Assembly (NCBI RefSeq): GCF_964355755.1
Contig: NC_092673.1
Location: forward strand, 14,666,948-14,730,947
DNA from: Antedon mediterranea
Taxonomy: Eukaryota; Animalia; Echinodermata
Direction: 5' to 3'
DNA: 64,000 bases
In this document: positions 1 to 12,323 of the stretch, one piece after another
Layout of the letters: each line of letters begins with the position of its first letter
Position numbering within the stretch: position 1 is the stretch's first letter
The notes under the pieces: model-generated
What the model saw: the letters and a program-made list of their open reading frames with translations, nothing else
What the model was told of the DNA's origin: nothing
The model's database searches: none
Made by a program: the position numbers and the translations under genes

Positions 1-962
1 ATCTTTTTTTTTTTTGGAATTTGACAAAGGGACAATAGGCCTACATCTTTAAGCAAACTCATTCTATATTATAATCCCGTCTAGATCACTTTACTTAAAG
101 ATACCTCCAATTAGCGACCATTATATTATTTGGTATGAGTAAAGACAAGAATAATAATAGTTTTTTTAAATGTGATAAAAAACAATTAACTGTACTGGTA
201 CTGGTAAGTTAAGATCACTTAACTTAAAGACACCTCAAATTAGCGTCCATTATATTATTATATTATTACATAGCCTATGTAAATACGCGAACGTGATTGG
301 TTGAAACTGCATCACATGACTACCGCTGCGAGGATCGTAAATCGTATATATCCTCGAGAACGATGATATTGACAGGGGCGCAGCCAGCAAAGAATTAAAG
401 GGGGGGTCAACCAATATGTGAGTATTTTGCGAGCGAAGCGAGCAACCATGGGCTGGGGGCCAGGGGGCCCCTGGAAGCTTTGGCGGTCTAGGGCAATCTA
501 GATCATTTGAATCGGTTTACGCACACACAAATATGACAATGTTAACACTAATAAACTGAAACAAAGAAAACAAAAAACAACTCTCATTTTCATTACAGAA
601 CATTTTTATATTCCAGGCTGCCACAGACAAACACTTTTTTTCTTGCTTGTTTGTTGATTTGTGTAGAGAGGCTGTAAACTCAGAGGAGGAATTATTTGAA
701 TTCCTCCCTTTTCACCAATACAAAAGTTGCATGAAATGAACGTAGAGATGCAAAAGTTTGAAAAAAGAAATTAGAATGATAGCATGGAGGGAGTGATATT
801 ATTAAATGAGAACCGTAAGGTTAGAGTTCATACACTGTGCAAGTCCAAGAAGCTACCTTGGCTCCATGTGTATGTGAGACGCTTATCATACCCAGTACAT
901 ACAACATTTTGTTTAAAAATATACCTATTTTGTTCGAATGTATAGTATAGGAGGTGATAGCT

Positions 963-2399
963 TCTATATATAAATTTACGTAAGGGCAAAATTCGGTAAA
1001 TCCCGCGTTACTTCTAGAATGTTTACTCGATGGTATATAAAGTTGGTTAGAATCTCGGTACTGATTTTAACCACCTGATGTAACCCTGTTTACTAATTAA
1101 ATTGAGTTAGATAATTAGTTATTGACAATTAAAACGAATTTAGGTTCAACGATTTGCCCTAAATAGGGGTGTTTTTCGATCGTGGTATACACTGTCCAAT
1201 GGATGTCCGTATTGAAAAATACCCACAGACAATAATACGAGGATGCTTCGCATTTTCCTATCTCCTTCTACGATAATTGTTTTTAATGGCTGAAAACCGG
1301 TTGAACAGCTTGAGTACAGCATCATAATGTTGAAGACAGGCCGCTTTTCTTTAAAAAATACTATTGATAGATTTAATATACGTTTATACAAATGTATTGA
1401 TTTGCGATGAATGGAACATTCCAATCTCTGTTCCACAAGTGTCTATTCCCTCAGGCGTCGTAAAGGCAAGTACTGTATACTCATAACAGAAATTCGATCC
1501 ATTTTTTTTTCAATCTGTGCTGCAGAGGTTGGATATAATTTTTTTTTAACGGATAATGAGCTAGCGTTTTCAGTCGCCGTATATTATGTACAAATTTTTA
1601 TTATTGCATTTAAACCACCTACATCATCACCCTTCCCTCACTGGCATGAGTAGCATTGTAAAGCCAGTAGAGGATAGGCCTACGGTGCATCACATCCCCT
1701 AAACGCAGAACAACTTTGGTGGGTAGGGTAACCAACTTAAGTATGAATTGGCTCTAAGAAACAATTGAAAACCATTACGCCTACTAATAAAGTTGAGTTA
1801 GATAATTTAATTTTTATTCGATTTTAAATCGATTTTATGATTTTCCCCGAATAGAGGTGGTTTTCACAAATTGTTTTACATACATTATATAAACATACAC
1901 GTCGTAGTGATGTATCGTTACATGTACTGTACTATTTCAATCGACTAGGACGGTGATAGTTTCAACAAAGTATTACATATAGCAATGTTTTACTGTGTTT
2001 AGTGATATATTATTTGTAAAACATGAAAACAATTAATATTTCGTTACTAAATGGATAAAGAATATATTTAATATATTTAAAGATTGTTCCTCTTTGCACC
2101 CATCCTCTTCCCCATCCCTCACCCCTAATGTTACATACAAAACACAAATTAAGTTTGTTTAAATTTGACTTAAACAATTGGTCTCATTTTGTGACAAGTT
2201 TATCTTTCCGGAAGTAATTCTCAGGGTGCTAATTTTAGTTGAGTACATAAATCAGTGTCTATTTATTCGTTCCTGTAAACGTATTATTGTACGTACATTT
2301 GAAATCGCCAGTTTTTTAACGCTGAAATTATTATGTATTCGAGAACCATCTGTGGGCACGACCTAGATGGTACGCGAGCGAAGCGAGCGTACCATCTAG
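963..2399 (+). mobile_element. Non-autonomous Helitron, copy 1
   Basis: Starts TCTATATATAAA, ends in GC-rich hairpin CTAGATGGTACGC..GCGTACCATCTAG with terminal CTAG followed by T; no TSD; homologous to inverted copy at 9733-11028. Confidence 0.8.
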
Positions 2400-2456
2400 T
2401 ATACATAATTGTAATAACTAACTTCTAAATTATTATCATACATTTTAGGTTAGTTA

Positions 2457-3030
2457 CTATAACGGCGCTCTTGACATCGTGTGATGCATCTTTAAACATA
2501 AGTTTGGAACATTCTTCTTGGCTTGGAGACAGAATTCGCGAATGACATTCTCTGTATTAATGTTCATGTTAAAGTGTATGTTCATGAGGCACAATCCCGA
2601 AAGCTGCTCATAAGACATGTGATTTCCCAAACAGGTTTTCCTTCTCCATAAAGTCGAAAAACTCCGCTCAGCTTCAGCAGACGTTACGGGCATAGGCCTA
2701 CGCGATTAGAAGAAGTGCACGCACATTCGGGAACACATTTGGATCCGCTAATTTTACACAGTCGCTTCCATCACTGAAGCTCGGAATGAAGATGTTCGTG
2801 TCTTGGCAGATCATCGTACCAAATTCAAGTTCCTTGAAGACTTCTTCAACATTACACTTCACTATAGACTCGGGTGCTACGCCAAATATTTTAAAGCATT
2901 GCCTGTTATCGGCAGAAAAACAGGGTTTTAACTCGGTTTGTAATCAAGAAGTTGATTTGGTAATACTGCTCGGTAGTAGTCTTCCACAGTATCTCCAGGA
3001 TGATTTGATCTGTATTGTTGTCTCATGTTT
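2457..3030 (-). pseudogene. hAT transposase C-terminal fragments (P52rIPK/ZMYM-like, dimerisation domain)
   Basis: PVTSAEAERSFSTL..KT.L.N.M..EQLSGLCLMNIH matches the hAT dimerisation motif; upstream piece RQQYRSNHPGDTVEDYYR is typical of this family; frame broken. Confidence 0.8.
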
Positions 3031-3761
3031 TTATTTATTTTTTCTAAAAAAAAGGGGGGGGGGTCAGGACCCCGTGACCCCCCCCCCACTGTCTGCGCCC
3101 CTGATTGACTGTGTAATTTTCGCGTAATAATCGTGTCCCCTGTCATTAATCATATAAATTCTCGAGTACGATGATATTGACTGTGTAATTTTTGTGTGCA
3201 ACACTCGAGTTTGCCGATAAATAAACAAAAGTCATCTACTCGATCTTAAACTCGGGTGGAATTGTCACTCCATCGCAAGACAACGCTTCATCCGCTGGGC
3301 CACGGAATTTGCTTGAAGAAATTAATCTTCTAAACTATTTAAGCTATGCATACATAGCGCCCTCATTTGTTATAAGTCCACCCTAAATGTGATGAAACAC
3401 CGTTTATGATTGGTCAATACTCACGGTAGTAACCTAGTAACTAGTACGCGCTGAACAACCGGTGATTCGGCTCTCCTCGAAGATCGAGAAGAAGACGAAT
3501 TGTTTATTCGGCCTACCTGATTATAATATTATTATTAATAGGCTTATTGATGGAAATTCTTCTGTTAATTTAAACGACCTAGGCCTAAGTGAATATTTTA
3601 TTGCCAAGGAATCATTAATTAGTAATTATCTGTATATTATTCTTCGCAAGGTAAGGTGTCTAGGCAGGCTTGTTTTAAATACAATACAAATACTATAACT
3701 TATAAGGAGGCCTAGCTAGCCTAGCTTCACCCAACCCAGCAGACTTGTTCTTGGCTATATA

Positions 3762-3918
3762 ATATAACAGATATTGCCTTTTATATCGGTTAAATATAAG
3801 ATTTGACATCCCCTCGGGAATGATATTAAGTTCTCGGGGAATATATTACTATTAATATCATTCCCTCGGGGATGTCAAATCTTATATTTAACCTCTAAGC
3901 AGTCAATATCTGTATAAT
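3762..3918. repeat. Long palindrome, end of a fold-back/MITE-like repeat
   Basis: 42-bp arms 3788-3829 and 3852-3893 are reverse complements with ~2 mismatches; outer arms ACAGATATTG / CAATATCTGT. Confidence 0.75.
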
Positions 3919-4055
3919 AATAATTTGATTAGACTATTTCTCCTGATATAGGCCTAACAATAATAATAATATTTATTTGGATCGACTCAAGTGATTCAAG
4001 TTGATATTCTAAGGAATTATAAATACCCTAATGGGAGTTGAATGTCCAGTGGCCT

Positions 4056-4565
4056 TGTAGGAACTTCACACACATTTGCGTGTGTGCGCTCAACGCGTAA
4101 AGTTATGCAAATTGCTGTTGTAAATATATAGCGAACGCGCAACGAGCGATCTCTCTCTCTCTGCGTCAAGTTTTCAACGAGAAGACATCGACATTTTTAT
4201 GAGCAAACCATTGCGAGTTTTAATACAAGTTTTACGATAATAATTAGTTGTCCTAATTATTAGCACTATTACATTTTGATATTTAGCGTTTAACTTTACA
4301 TATTTTACTACGTGTTACTGTATGTTATCGTGTTTCAATTATTGTACCGTTGTATATATTATTGTCCTGAACTAGCCTAGCCTATTAACCTTACACTGCG
4401 CACGTACGTACGCGCTTCGTGTGGATATGTGGTTTCTACACTCCGTATAGTTTATTTACTTCGAGCCTAGGATACTTCCAGCTTTGGACATCGTTTGACT
4501 GCTACAATACTCCATTACCGTATTCTAAATAGGGTAAGTAAAGACCGAATTACTTATACCCTAAA
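4056..4565 (+). repeat. 5' LTR
   Basis: TGTAGGAACTTC...ATACCCTAAA, repeated at 8922-9423. Confidence 0.95.
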
Positions 4566-4566
4566 G

Positions 4567-4585
4567 TGGTGACCCCGACGTGATT
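4567..4585 (+). promoter_or_regulatory. Primer-binding site complementary to tRNA-Trp 3' end
   Basis: TGGTGACCCCGACGTGATT is the reverse complement of the conserved animal tRNA-Trp end AATCACGTCGGGGTCACCA, 1 nt after the LTR. Confidence 0.9.
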
Positions 4586-4820
4586 CGTATGGACTAGTAG
4601 TGGAGTATTCATCTGTAGGCTGTACTTCTTGTATGTAACATTTGTATTATTAGCGATACTCGGCCTATCTAAGCCTATCCTGTATACGAGGCAGCAAACA
4701 GCATTGATCGTACTATATATATAGTACTACGTACAACTATTTTTGAAAACATTTCTGTTACACAATTTACTTTTAATTATAAGGTAGGCCTAAAACAATT
4801 ATTAATTTTTTGAGGCGAAA

Positions 4821-5705
4821 ATGGAAGATCCTCCTCCAGCCGAAGCAGCAGTTGCTGTGGATCAAGCGGGAGGTAATGCTGGGGAACCAGTCGCCACGCA
4901 ACGCGCATTACCTTTAGCGGCATTTACCCTCAAGCTACCACCATTTTGGGCTAACGATCCCGCGATATGGTTTGCCCAAGTGGAAGCGCAGTTCGCAACT
5001 CGCAATATTACCACGGAAGCTACGAAATTTGCCTATATCGTGGCGTCGTTACAGCCTTCGATCGTCCAGGAGGTACGTGAACTGCTCTTAGCTCCTCCTG
5101 CTGAGGGTCCATACAGCAAGTTAAAGGAAGAGTTAATTAAGCGGACCTCCGATTCGGAGAAGAAACGGTTGCACCAACTGCTCACTACGGAGGAATTGGG
5201 TGACAGAAAACCAACACAACTATTGCGCAAAATGTATCAGTTGTTAGGCAGCCGCACATTAGAGGATTCGATCTTGAAACAGTTGTTCATTCAGCGATTG
5301 CCCAATAACGTGCAACTGATTTTAGCCGCAACAGGCGGAAACGTTACCGTCGCTCAGATAGCGGAATTAGCCGACAGAATTTTAGAGGTGTCTCCCAGCC
5401 AACCCAGAGTAGCCGCAATCTCTAACCCGACAAGTGCTAACGCCGACCGAAACGAAATTCAAACGCTACGAGCTGAAATTAACAAGTTGACCGCAATGGT
5501 ATCATCCTTGGCGAACGATCAACATCGGGATAAGAGCAGGAGCAGATGCCGAAATCGGAACCGTTCTTCCAGTGCTAAACGAACACAAACCAATGAAAAT
5601 GACTCAGAGCAGTGCTGTTATCACACCCGGTTTGGCAAGGCAGCACGTAGGTGCAGGTCGCCATGCAGTTTCCCAACTTCGGAAAACTCCAAAGCCGGCG
5701 AATAA
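4821..5705 (+). CDS. gag: Gag
   Basis: KLPPFW..DP..WF.QVEAQF and [13 protein letters not shown] motifs; C-terminal C-x2-H-x9-C-x3-C knuckle. Confidence 0.92.
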   Translation: MEDPPPAEAAVAVDQAGGNAGEPVATQRALPLAAFTLKLPPFWANDPAIWFAQVEAQFATRNITTEATKFAYIVASLQPSIVQEVRELLLAPPAEGPYSKLKEELIKRTSDSEKKRLHQLLTTEELGDRKPTQLLRKMYQLLGSRTLEDSILKQLFIQRLPNNVQLILAATGGNVTVAQIAELADRILEVSPSQPRVAAISNPTSANADRNEIQTLRAEINKLTAMVSSLANDQHRDKSRSRCRNRNRSSSAKRTQTNENDSEQCCYHTRFGKAARRCRSPCSFPTSENSKAGE

Positions 5706-8700
5706 CTGCGACGAATTCGTCCGGCACCGTTTCTGATAGTCGCTTATTTCACATTTATGATAGAGATACTGGACTAAAGTTTTTAGTAGATACAGGAGCC
5801 GAGATTAGCGTCCTTCCTGCAACAAAACAAGACCGTCAACAGCGAAAAAGTGATTTTGTTTTGCAAGCAGTTAACAACTCTCAAATCAACACCTATGGTG
5901 AACGATCTTTAACACTTGATTTTGGTTTTAGACGGACATGCAGATGGGTGTTTACTATAGCCGATGTTCCCTCAGCAATTGTCGGCGCAGACTTTCTGCA
6001 ACATTTTGGTTTGTTAGTCGATGTTAAACACCGCAAGTTAATTGATTCTACTACTAATTTAAGTGTGCAAGGTACTGCATCTAAGCTCTGCTCGCTTAGT
6101 CCTGTTTTGCCTCGACCTGTGATTGATTCACGTTATGAATCAATACTTGGCAAATATTTTCCTAAAATTACACGTCCGAGTTTCAAAGAGGCCAAACTAA
6201 AGCATGATGTCACTCATCGTATAACTACCAAAGGTCCATCGATCGCTGCCCGACCTCGGAGATTGGCTCCACAGAAACTGAAAATCGCACGAGCTGAGTT
6301 CGACCGTATGCTTCAGCTGGGCATTATTCAACCGTCAAAAAGTTGCTGGTCTTCGCCGCTTCACATGGTTGCGAAGCAAACAGAAGGTGATTGGAGACCA
6401 TGTGGAGACTACAGAGCCCTCAATAATGCTACAGTTCCGGATAGATATCCAATCCCTCATATTCACGATTTCACAGCTACGCTTCAGGGAAAGAAAGTTT
6501 TCTCTAAGATTGACCTGGTACGAGCCTATCACCAGATACCTGTTGCACCAGAAGATGTGCCGAAAACCGCAATAACGACACCATTTGGGATGTTCGAATT
6601 TTTAAGAATGCCGTTTGGACTTAGAAACGCAGCACAGACATTCCAGCGGTTCATCGATAAAGTTTTACGTGGTTTGGATTTTGTATACGCATACATCGAC
6701 GATCTTCTCATAGCCAGCAATGATGAACAAGAACATGAAATTCACCTCAGGTTGTTGTTCGACCGTCTTGAAGAATTTGGTATTGTAGTTAATCCTGTCA
6801 AATGTGAATGGGGAGTTTCGTCTTTGACATTTCTGGGACATCATATCGATGACATGGGTATCCGACCACTACGTTCCAAGATAGAAGCTATCGAAACATT
6901 TCCTGTACCCGACACAGTCCGTAAGCTGCGTGAATTCTTAGGATTAATCAACTTCTACAGGCGTTTTATTCCTCAATGTTCAGATATAGTTCATCCGTTG
7001 ACTGATTTACTGGCAGGTAAACCTAAAAAATCAATTACATTACCACCGACGGCGATTACGGCCTTTGAGGCTGTTAAGGTAGCACTTGCAGAGGCAACTT
7101 ATCTGGAACATTCCGATTCATCCGCCACATTATGTTTAATGGTTGATGCATCTAACTTTGCGGTTGGTGGTGTGCTACAACAGATGGTAAAAGACGTCTG
7201 GCATCCTATCGCATTCTTCTCGCGCAGAATGAATCCAGCTGAAACAAGGTACAGCACATTCGGACGAGAACTGTTTGCCGCTTACCTTGCTATCCGACAT
7301 TTTCGTCATTTACTTGAAGCAAGGGAATTTTTCATCCTCACAGACCACAAACCGCTCACATTTGCACTGAAAGCAAGCTCGGACCGCTACTCACCTCGAG
7401 AGATTCGTCACCTAGATTACATCTCACAATTTACCACCGATGTCCGACACGTTAAGGGTTCGCAAAACGAAGTTGCAGACGCATTATCTCGCATCAATCT
7501 TAACACCTTTAACACACCTGTCCTTACTGCGAAGTCGTCAGATGTCATTGACTTCACAGTCATGGCCGAGCAGCAGAAGAATGATGAGGAGTTACTTCGT
7601 CATTTGCAGGAGTCAACTTTTGATTTACATGACGCACCAATAGCCACCAGTGATGGAACTATCGTATGTGACATAAGTACGGCACTCCTCGACCTTTCGT
7701 CCCTAAGGAGTTGCGCAGGGCCGTTTTCGATTCGTTACATTCACTATCTCATCCTGGAATTAGGGCTACATTGAAGTTAGTGAGTACTCGATACGTTTGG
7801 CCTAGCATGAATCGAGACGTACGTAACTGGGCGAGGTGTTGTGTTCAGTGTCAAAAGGCAAAAGTACATCGCCACACTATTACACCGTTGGGAACTTTTG
7901 CCACACCAGACGCGCGTTTCGATCATGTCCACATCGACCTTGTTGGTCCGCTTCCACCGTCTGATGGCAACAGCTACCTATTGACATGCATTGACCGTTT
8001 TACGAGATGGGCAGAAGCCATACCTATTCCCGATATTTCGGCAGCAACCGTCGCTAAAGCTTTCGTTTGTAAATGGGTGTCCATGTTTGGGGCACCATCG
8101 ACCATTACTACCGATCGTGGCAGCCAGTTTGAATCATCACTGTTTAATGCGCTAGTGAACTTACTGGGTACGAAACGCATACACACAACATCATACCACC
8201 CAATAGCCAATGGATTAGTAGAAAGGTTCCATCGCCAACTCAAAGGTTCGCTTAAAGCCCTCGACGACCCTCAGCTATGGTCAGATGCTTTACCGCTAGT
8301 ACTTCTTGGTCTTCGCACGGTTGTCAAGGAAGACTTGGGGCTATCGTCAGCAGAATTAGTTTTCGGCACCACGTTACGTTTGCCAGGGCAGTTTGTTACG
8401 CCTTCTTCCACTAATGCTGACTTGGACCCTAGTAACTATATTCATCGACTGCAGCGCATTATGCAAAACATACGTCCAACACCGACGCGACACAATTCTC
8501 GTAAGGTACACGTACATACAGATTTAGCTAAGTGTACACACGTTTTCATTCGCTGTGATAAAGTCCGCAAGCCTCTACAGTGCCCTTACAATGGCCCGTT
8601 TAAAGTTGTTAGCAGGAGCGACAAATTTTTCGTTGTACAACTTGCAGGAAAACAGGACACAGTAAGTCTCGATAGACTGAAACCGGCTTACTTAGATACG

Positions 8701-8847
8701 GATCAAACTAATTCTACGGACCTAGTCAGGCAGCAACATCATACGACAGAGACGCACATTGCAATCGCACCGTCGCCACCCCGCCAAACTCGCTCTGGAC
8801 GACACGTACATTGGCCACAAAAATTCAATGAGCATGACTGTACCTGA
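5681..8847 (+). CDS. pol: Pol (protease, RT, RNase H, integrase); -1 frame relative to gag; one apparent 1-bp deletion near 7681
   Basis: FLVDTGAE protease, YIDD RT, DAS/TDHKPL RNase H, HHCC zinc finger, D..D..E integrase and GPF motif; ORFs 5651-7774 and 7711-8847 join as [17 protein letters not shown] if one G is restored. Confidence 0.92.
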
Positions 8848-8902
8848 ATACTTTTTACTAACTTTATGAACTTTTTTTTTCTATCGCTCTCACCTAGCGG
8901 CA

Positions 8903-8918
8903 AAGAGCTAGGGGGGAG
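8903..8918 (+). promoter_or_regulatory. Polypurine tract
   Basis: AAGAGCTAGGGGGGAG just upstream of the 3' LTR. Confidence 0.8.
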
Positions 8919-8921
8919 CTA

Positions 8922-9423
8922 TGTAGGAACTTCACACACATATTTGCGTGTGTGCGCTCAACGCGTAAAGTTATGCAAATTGCTGTTGTAAATATATAGC
9001 GAACGCGCAACGAGCGATCTCTCTCTCTCTGCGTCAAGTTTTCAACGAGAAGACATCGACATTTTTATGAGCAAACCATTGCGAGTTTTAATACAAGTTT
9101 TACGATAATAATTAGTTGTCCTAATTATTAGCACTATTACATTTTGATATTTAGCGTTTTAACTTTACATATTTTACTACGTGTTACTGTATGTTATCGT
9201 GTTTCAATTATTGTACCGTTTTATATATTATTGTCCTGAACTAGCCTAGCTTATTACCCTTACACTGCGCACGTACGTACGCGCTTCGTGTGGATATGTG
9301 GTTTCTAAACTCCGTATAGTTTATTTACTTCGAGCCTAGGATACTTCCAGCTTTGGACATCGTTTGACTGCTACAATACTCCATTACCGTATTCTAAATA
9401 GACCGAATTACTTATACCCTAAA
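8922..9423 (+). repeat. 3' LTR
   Basis: Copy of 4056-4565 with a few substitutions/indels, including loss of 11 bp (GGGTAAGTAAA). Confidence 0.95.
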
Positions 9424-9732
9424 GCCTAATTGTTACAGGATAAAGGTGATGTGACAGTCGAGGGACCTACTTTGTTACCGATGAAAACGAATACACCCGA
9501 TGACAACTGCCAGGGTGGTTGCAACCATTTTCAACAGCTGGTGTTACACTATTCAATGCTGAAAATTGTCCGGTGGACACTTTTAAACACCGGACAATGT
9601 TCAATCTTACATCGGCAATGTTACATTTTTTTATCGAGACTTTAAACTACTGTATATATTTTATCACAACAAAACCTGTCACAATATGAACAGTAATAGC
9701 ATATATCTACTGGTTTCGTGTAATTGTATAGA

Positions 9733-11028
9733 CTAGATGGCACGCTCGCTTCGCTCGCGTACCATCTAGGTCGTGCCCACAGATGGTTCTCGAATACACA
9801 GTATTTTCCAGCGAGAAAAAAATGGAGATTTCAAATGAACGTACTGCAGGACTACAATACATTGTCGTTTACAGAAACGAATAAATATACACGATGATTT
9901 ATGTAGTCAGCTAAAATTAGCACCCTGGGAATTACTTCCGAGAGAGAAACAAAATGAGTCAAATTTTTATATTTGGACTCATTTAAACAAACCCAATTTG
10001 TATTTTGTATGTAACATTAAGGGTTGAGGGATGGGGGAAGAAGATAGGTACAAAGAGGAAACATTTTAAAATATATTCTTATCCACTTAGTAACGAAATA
10101 TTGTTTTTAATGTTTTATAGGCCTATAAATAATATACCACTAAATACAGTAAAACATTTACGATTTAATACTTTGTTAAAACTCTTACTGTCATAGTCGA
10201 TTGAAATAGTAAAGTACATGTAACGATACACCACTACGTACGTTTATATATTTTTAAATTATTAATTAATACAAACGTTGAGAAGCAACTGTCAGTAATA
10301 ACGTTTATTTATTTGTATATTATATGTTTATAATCTAACAGTAGGGCCTACCCACACTCACAGTAATAAAGTTTATTTGTATATTTGTTTACATTATATC
10401 TAACAGTACCAACACTCACAGTAAGAAATTTGCGATTCAAATTGCGATCAAAAAGTGGTTAATACCTTAACAGTATTGTACAGCATTGCAATACTATTTA
10501 TGTTTATTCTCCAAGGGGGCCCATAAATCTAAATCTATACCTCTATGGTTAAACCAAATAATTTGGAATGTTCCATTCATCACAAATCAATACATTTGTA
10601 TAATCGTATATTAAATGTATCAAAATAGTATTTTTTAAAGAAAATCGGCCTGTCTTCAACATTATGATGCTGTACTCTAGCTGTTCAACCAGTTTTCAGC
10701 TATTAAAAACAATTATCGTAGGAGGAGATAGGAAAATGCGAAGCCTCCTCGCATTTTTTTGTGGCGGGTATTTTTCAAGATGAACATCCATTAGACAGTG
10801 TATACCACGATCAGAAAACACCCCTATTTGGGGCAAATCGTTGAACCTAAATTCGTTTTAATCGTCAATAACTAATTATCGAACTCAATTTAATTAGTAA
10901 ACAGGGTTACATCAGGTGGTTAAAATCAGTACCAAAAGTACGAACCAACTGTATATACCATCGAGTAAACATTCTAGAAATAACGCGCGATTTACCGATT
11001 TTTGCCCTTACGTAAATTTATATATAGA
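9733..11028 (-). mobile_element. Non-autonomous Helitron, copy 2, inserted in a tRNA-Ala array unit
   Basis: Minus strand reads TC...hairpin-CTAG; removing it restores the array unit GTAATTGTATAGA|TGGGGAACTAGC, i.e. an A|T insertion with no TSD. Confidence 0.88.
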
Positions 11029-11029
11029 T

Positions 11030-11102
11030 GGGGAACTAGCTGAGATGGTAGAGCGCTCGCTTAGCATGTGAGAGGTACCGGGATCAATGTCCGGGTTCTC
11101 CA
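11030..11102 (+). tRNA. tRNA-Ala(AGC), variant copy
   Basis: 73-nt cloverleaf with G3:U70 pair, anticodon loop TTAGCAT; D- and T-stem mismatches. Confidence 0.8.
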
Positions 11103-11404
11103 ATAATGTTGGTCTAAATTTGTTACCGGTACTGTTATTTTTACTCGGGGTACCCGAGTCTAGGACTTACTCATTTTCTCCTCCACCATCTGGACACTAT
11201 TGAGTAAAAAGTGCGGTTTTTAAAGTACTACTCCTCCATTATTAGTTGTAGTATTGAGCTGGGATTTGGCATGAATATACTACAGGGACATGTCCTCAAA
11301 GCTATAGAGCCGGATTTTTAATTTTTTGTTAATTAATTTGATTAATTAGGAAGCCACAATGTGTGACACACACCACAGCGTTATGTAGTTATATGGTTAT
11401 ATGC

Positions 11405-11477
11405 GGCTTCGTGGCGTAGTGGTTATCACGTTTGCTTAACACGCAGAAGGTACCTGGTTCGAGCCCGGACGAAACCT
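11405..11477 (+). tRNA. tRNA-Val(AAC)-like, probably degenerate
   Basis: GTAGTGGTTATCACG D-arm, TTAACAC loop, GGTTCGAGCCC T-arm, followed by a T run; stem mismatches. Confidence 0.75.
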
Positions 11478-11693
11478 TTTTTTTTTAAACTTTATGGTGA
11501 AAAGTACTGTATACGCAATATGATAATTATACACAGTATATCTTATTTTTATTATTTTTTTAAATACTTATTTTTTGTAATCGGTAATTATCACTTTTAC
11601 ACATGTTTATTTTTCTTTGTGCTTATTACCATATTTATTTGTAATTTAAATGGATTAAAAAACTTTCTGTAACCCACATTTTTAGTGTAAGTG

Positions 11694-11765
11694 GGTTTCG
11701 TAGTGTAGTGATTGTCAAGTCTGCTTAACACGCAGAAGGTCCCGGTTAGAGCCCTGGCGAAACCT
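11694..11765 (+). tRNA. tRNA-Val(AAC) pseudogene
   Basis: GGTTTCG..CGAAACC acceptor stem, AAC anticodon; A-box and B-box mutated. Confidence 0.7.
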
Positions 11766-11960
11766 ATTTTTCTTTAACTTTAACTGTATACGTCTATATA
11801 CAGCTTCTTTCTCTGTATCCCGAGTATTGCACATTCGTGCTTTTTTACTCGGGGTACCCGAGTCTAGGACTTACTCATTTTCTCCTCGTTTGTTAATTAA
11901 TTTGTTTAATTAAGAAGCCACAATGTGTGACACACCACACAGCGTAAGGTAGTTATATGC

Positions 11961-12033
11961 GGCTTCTTGGCGTAGTGGTTATCACGTTTTCTTAACACGC
12001 AGGAGGTACCTGGTTCGAGCCCGGTCGGAACCT
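11961..12033 (+). tRNA. tRNA-Val(AAC) pseudogene
   Basis: Duplicate of 11405-11477, 556 bp downstream, with more mismatches. Confidence 0.7.
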
Positions 12034-12251
12034 TTTTTTTTAAAAACTTTATGGTGAAAAGTACTGTATACGCAATATGATAATTATACACAGTATATCT
12101 TATTTTTATTATTTTTTTAAATACTTATTTTGTGTAATCGGTATAATTATCACTTTTACACATGTTTATTTTGGTTTGTGCTTATTACCATATTTATTTG
12201 TAAATTAAATGGATTAAAAAACTATCTGTAACCCACATTTTTAGTGTAAGA

Positions 12252-12323
12252 GGTTTCGTAGTGTAGTGGTTGTCAAGTCTGCTTAACACGCAGAAGGTCC
12301 CGGTTCGAGCCCTGGCGAAACCT
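12252..12323 (+). tRNA. tRNA-Val(AAC)-like, probably degenerate
   Basis: Duplicate of 11694-11765, 558 bp downstream; intact TCTGC/GCAGA anticodon stem. Confidence 0.75.

Larger units (their letters stand above)
373..3103 (-). mobile_element. hAT-superfamily DNA transposon remnant, internally deleted, carrying a nested Helitron
   Basis: 11-bp TIRs CAGGGGCGCAG (373-383) / CTGCGCCCCTG (3093-3103); flanked by 5-bp direct repeat ATTGA (368-372, 3104-3108); hAT transposase fragments inside. Confidence 0.8.
4056..9423 (+). mobile_element. Full-length Ty3/Gypsy LTR retrotransposon, CsRn1-like lineage
   Basis: Two ~500-bp near-identical LTRs, 4-bp TSD GCCT (4052-4055, 9424-9427), tRNA-Trp PBS, PPT, gag with CHCC motif, PR-RT-RH-INT order. 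Confidence 0.95.

Noticed and set aside
83-259. ~48-bp imperfect direct repeat (83-130, 212-259)
   Set aside because: Only two copies at the window edge; no structure to interpret
1146-2366. Small ORFs inside the Helitron copy
   Set aside because: Not preserved in the second copy at 9733-11028; no Rep/helicase motifs
7675-7715. Programmed frameshift between RNase H and integrase
   Set aside because: No slippery site; restoring one G gives the usual [10 protein letters not shown] linker, so it is a lesion or sequencing error
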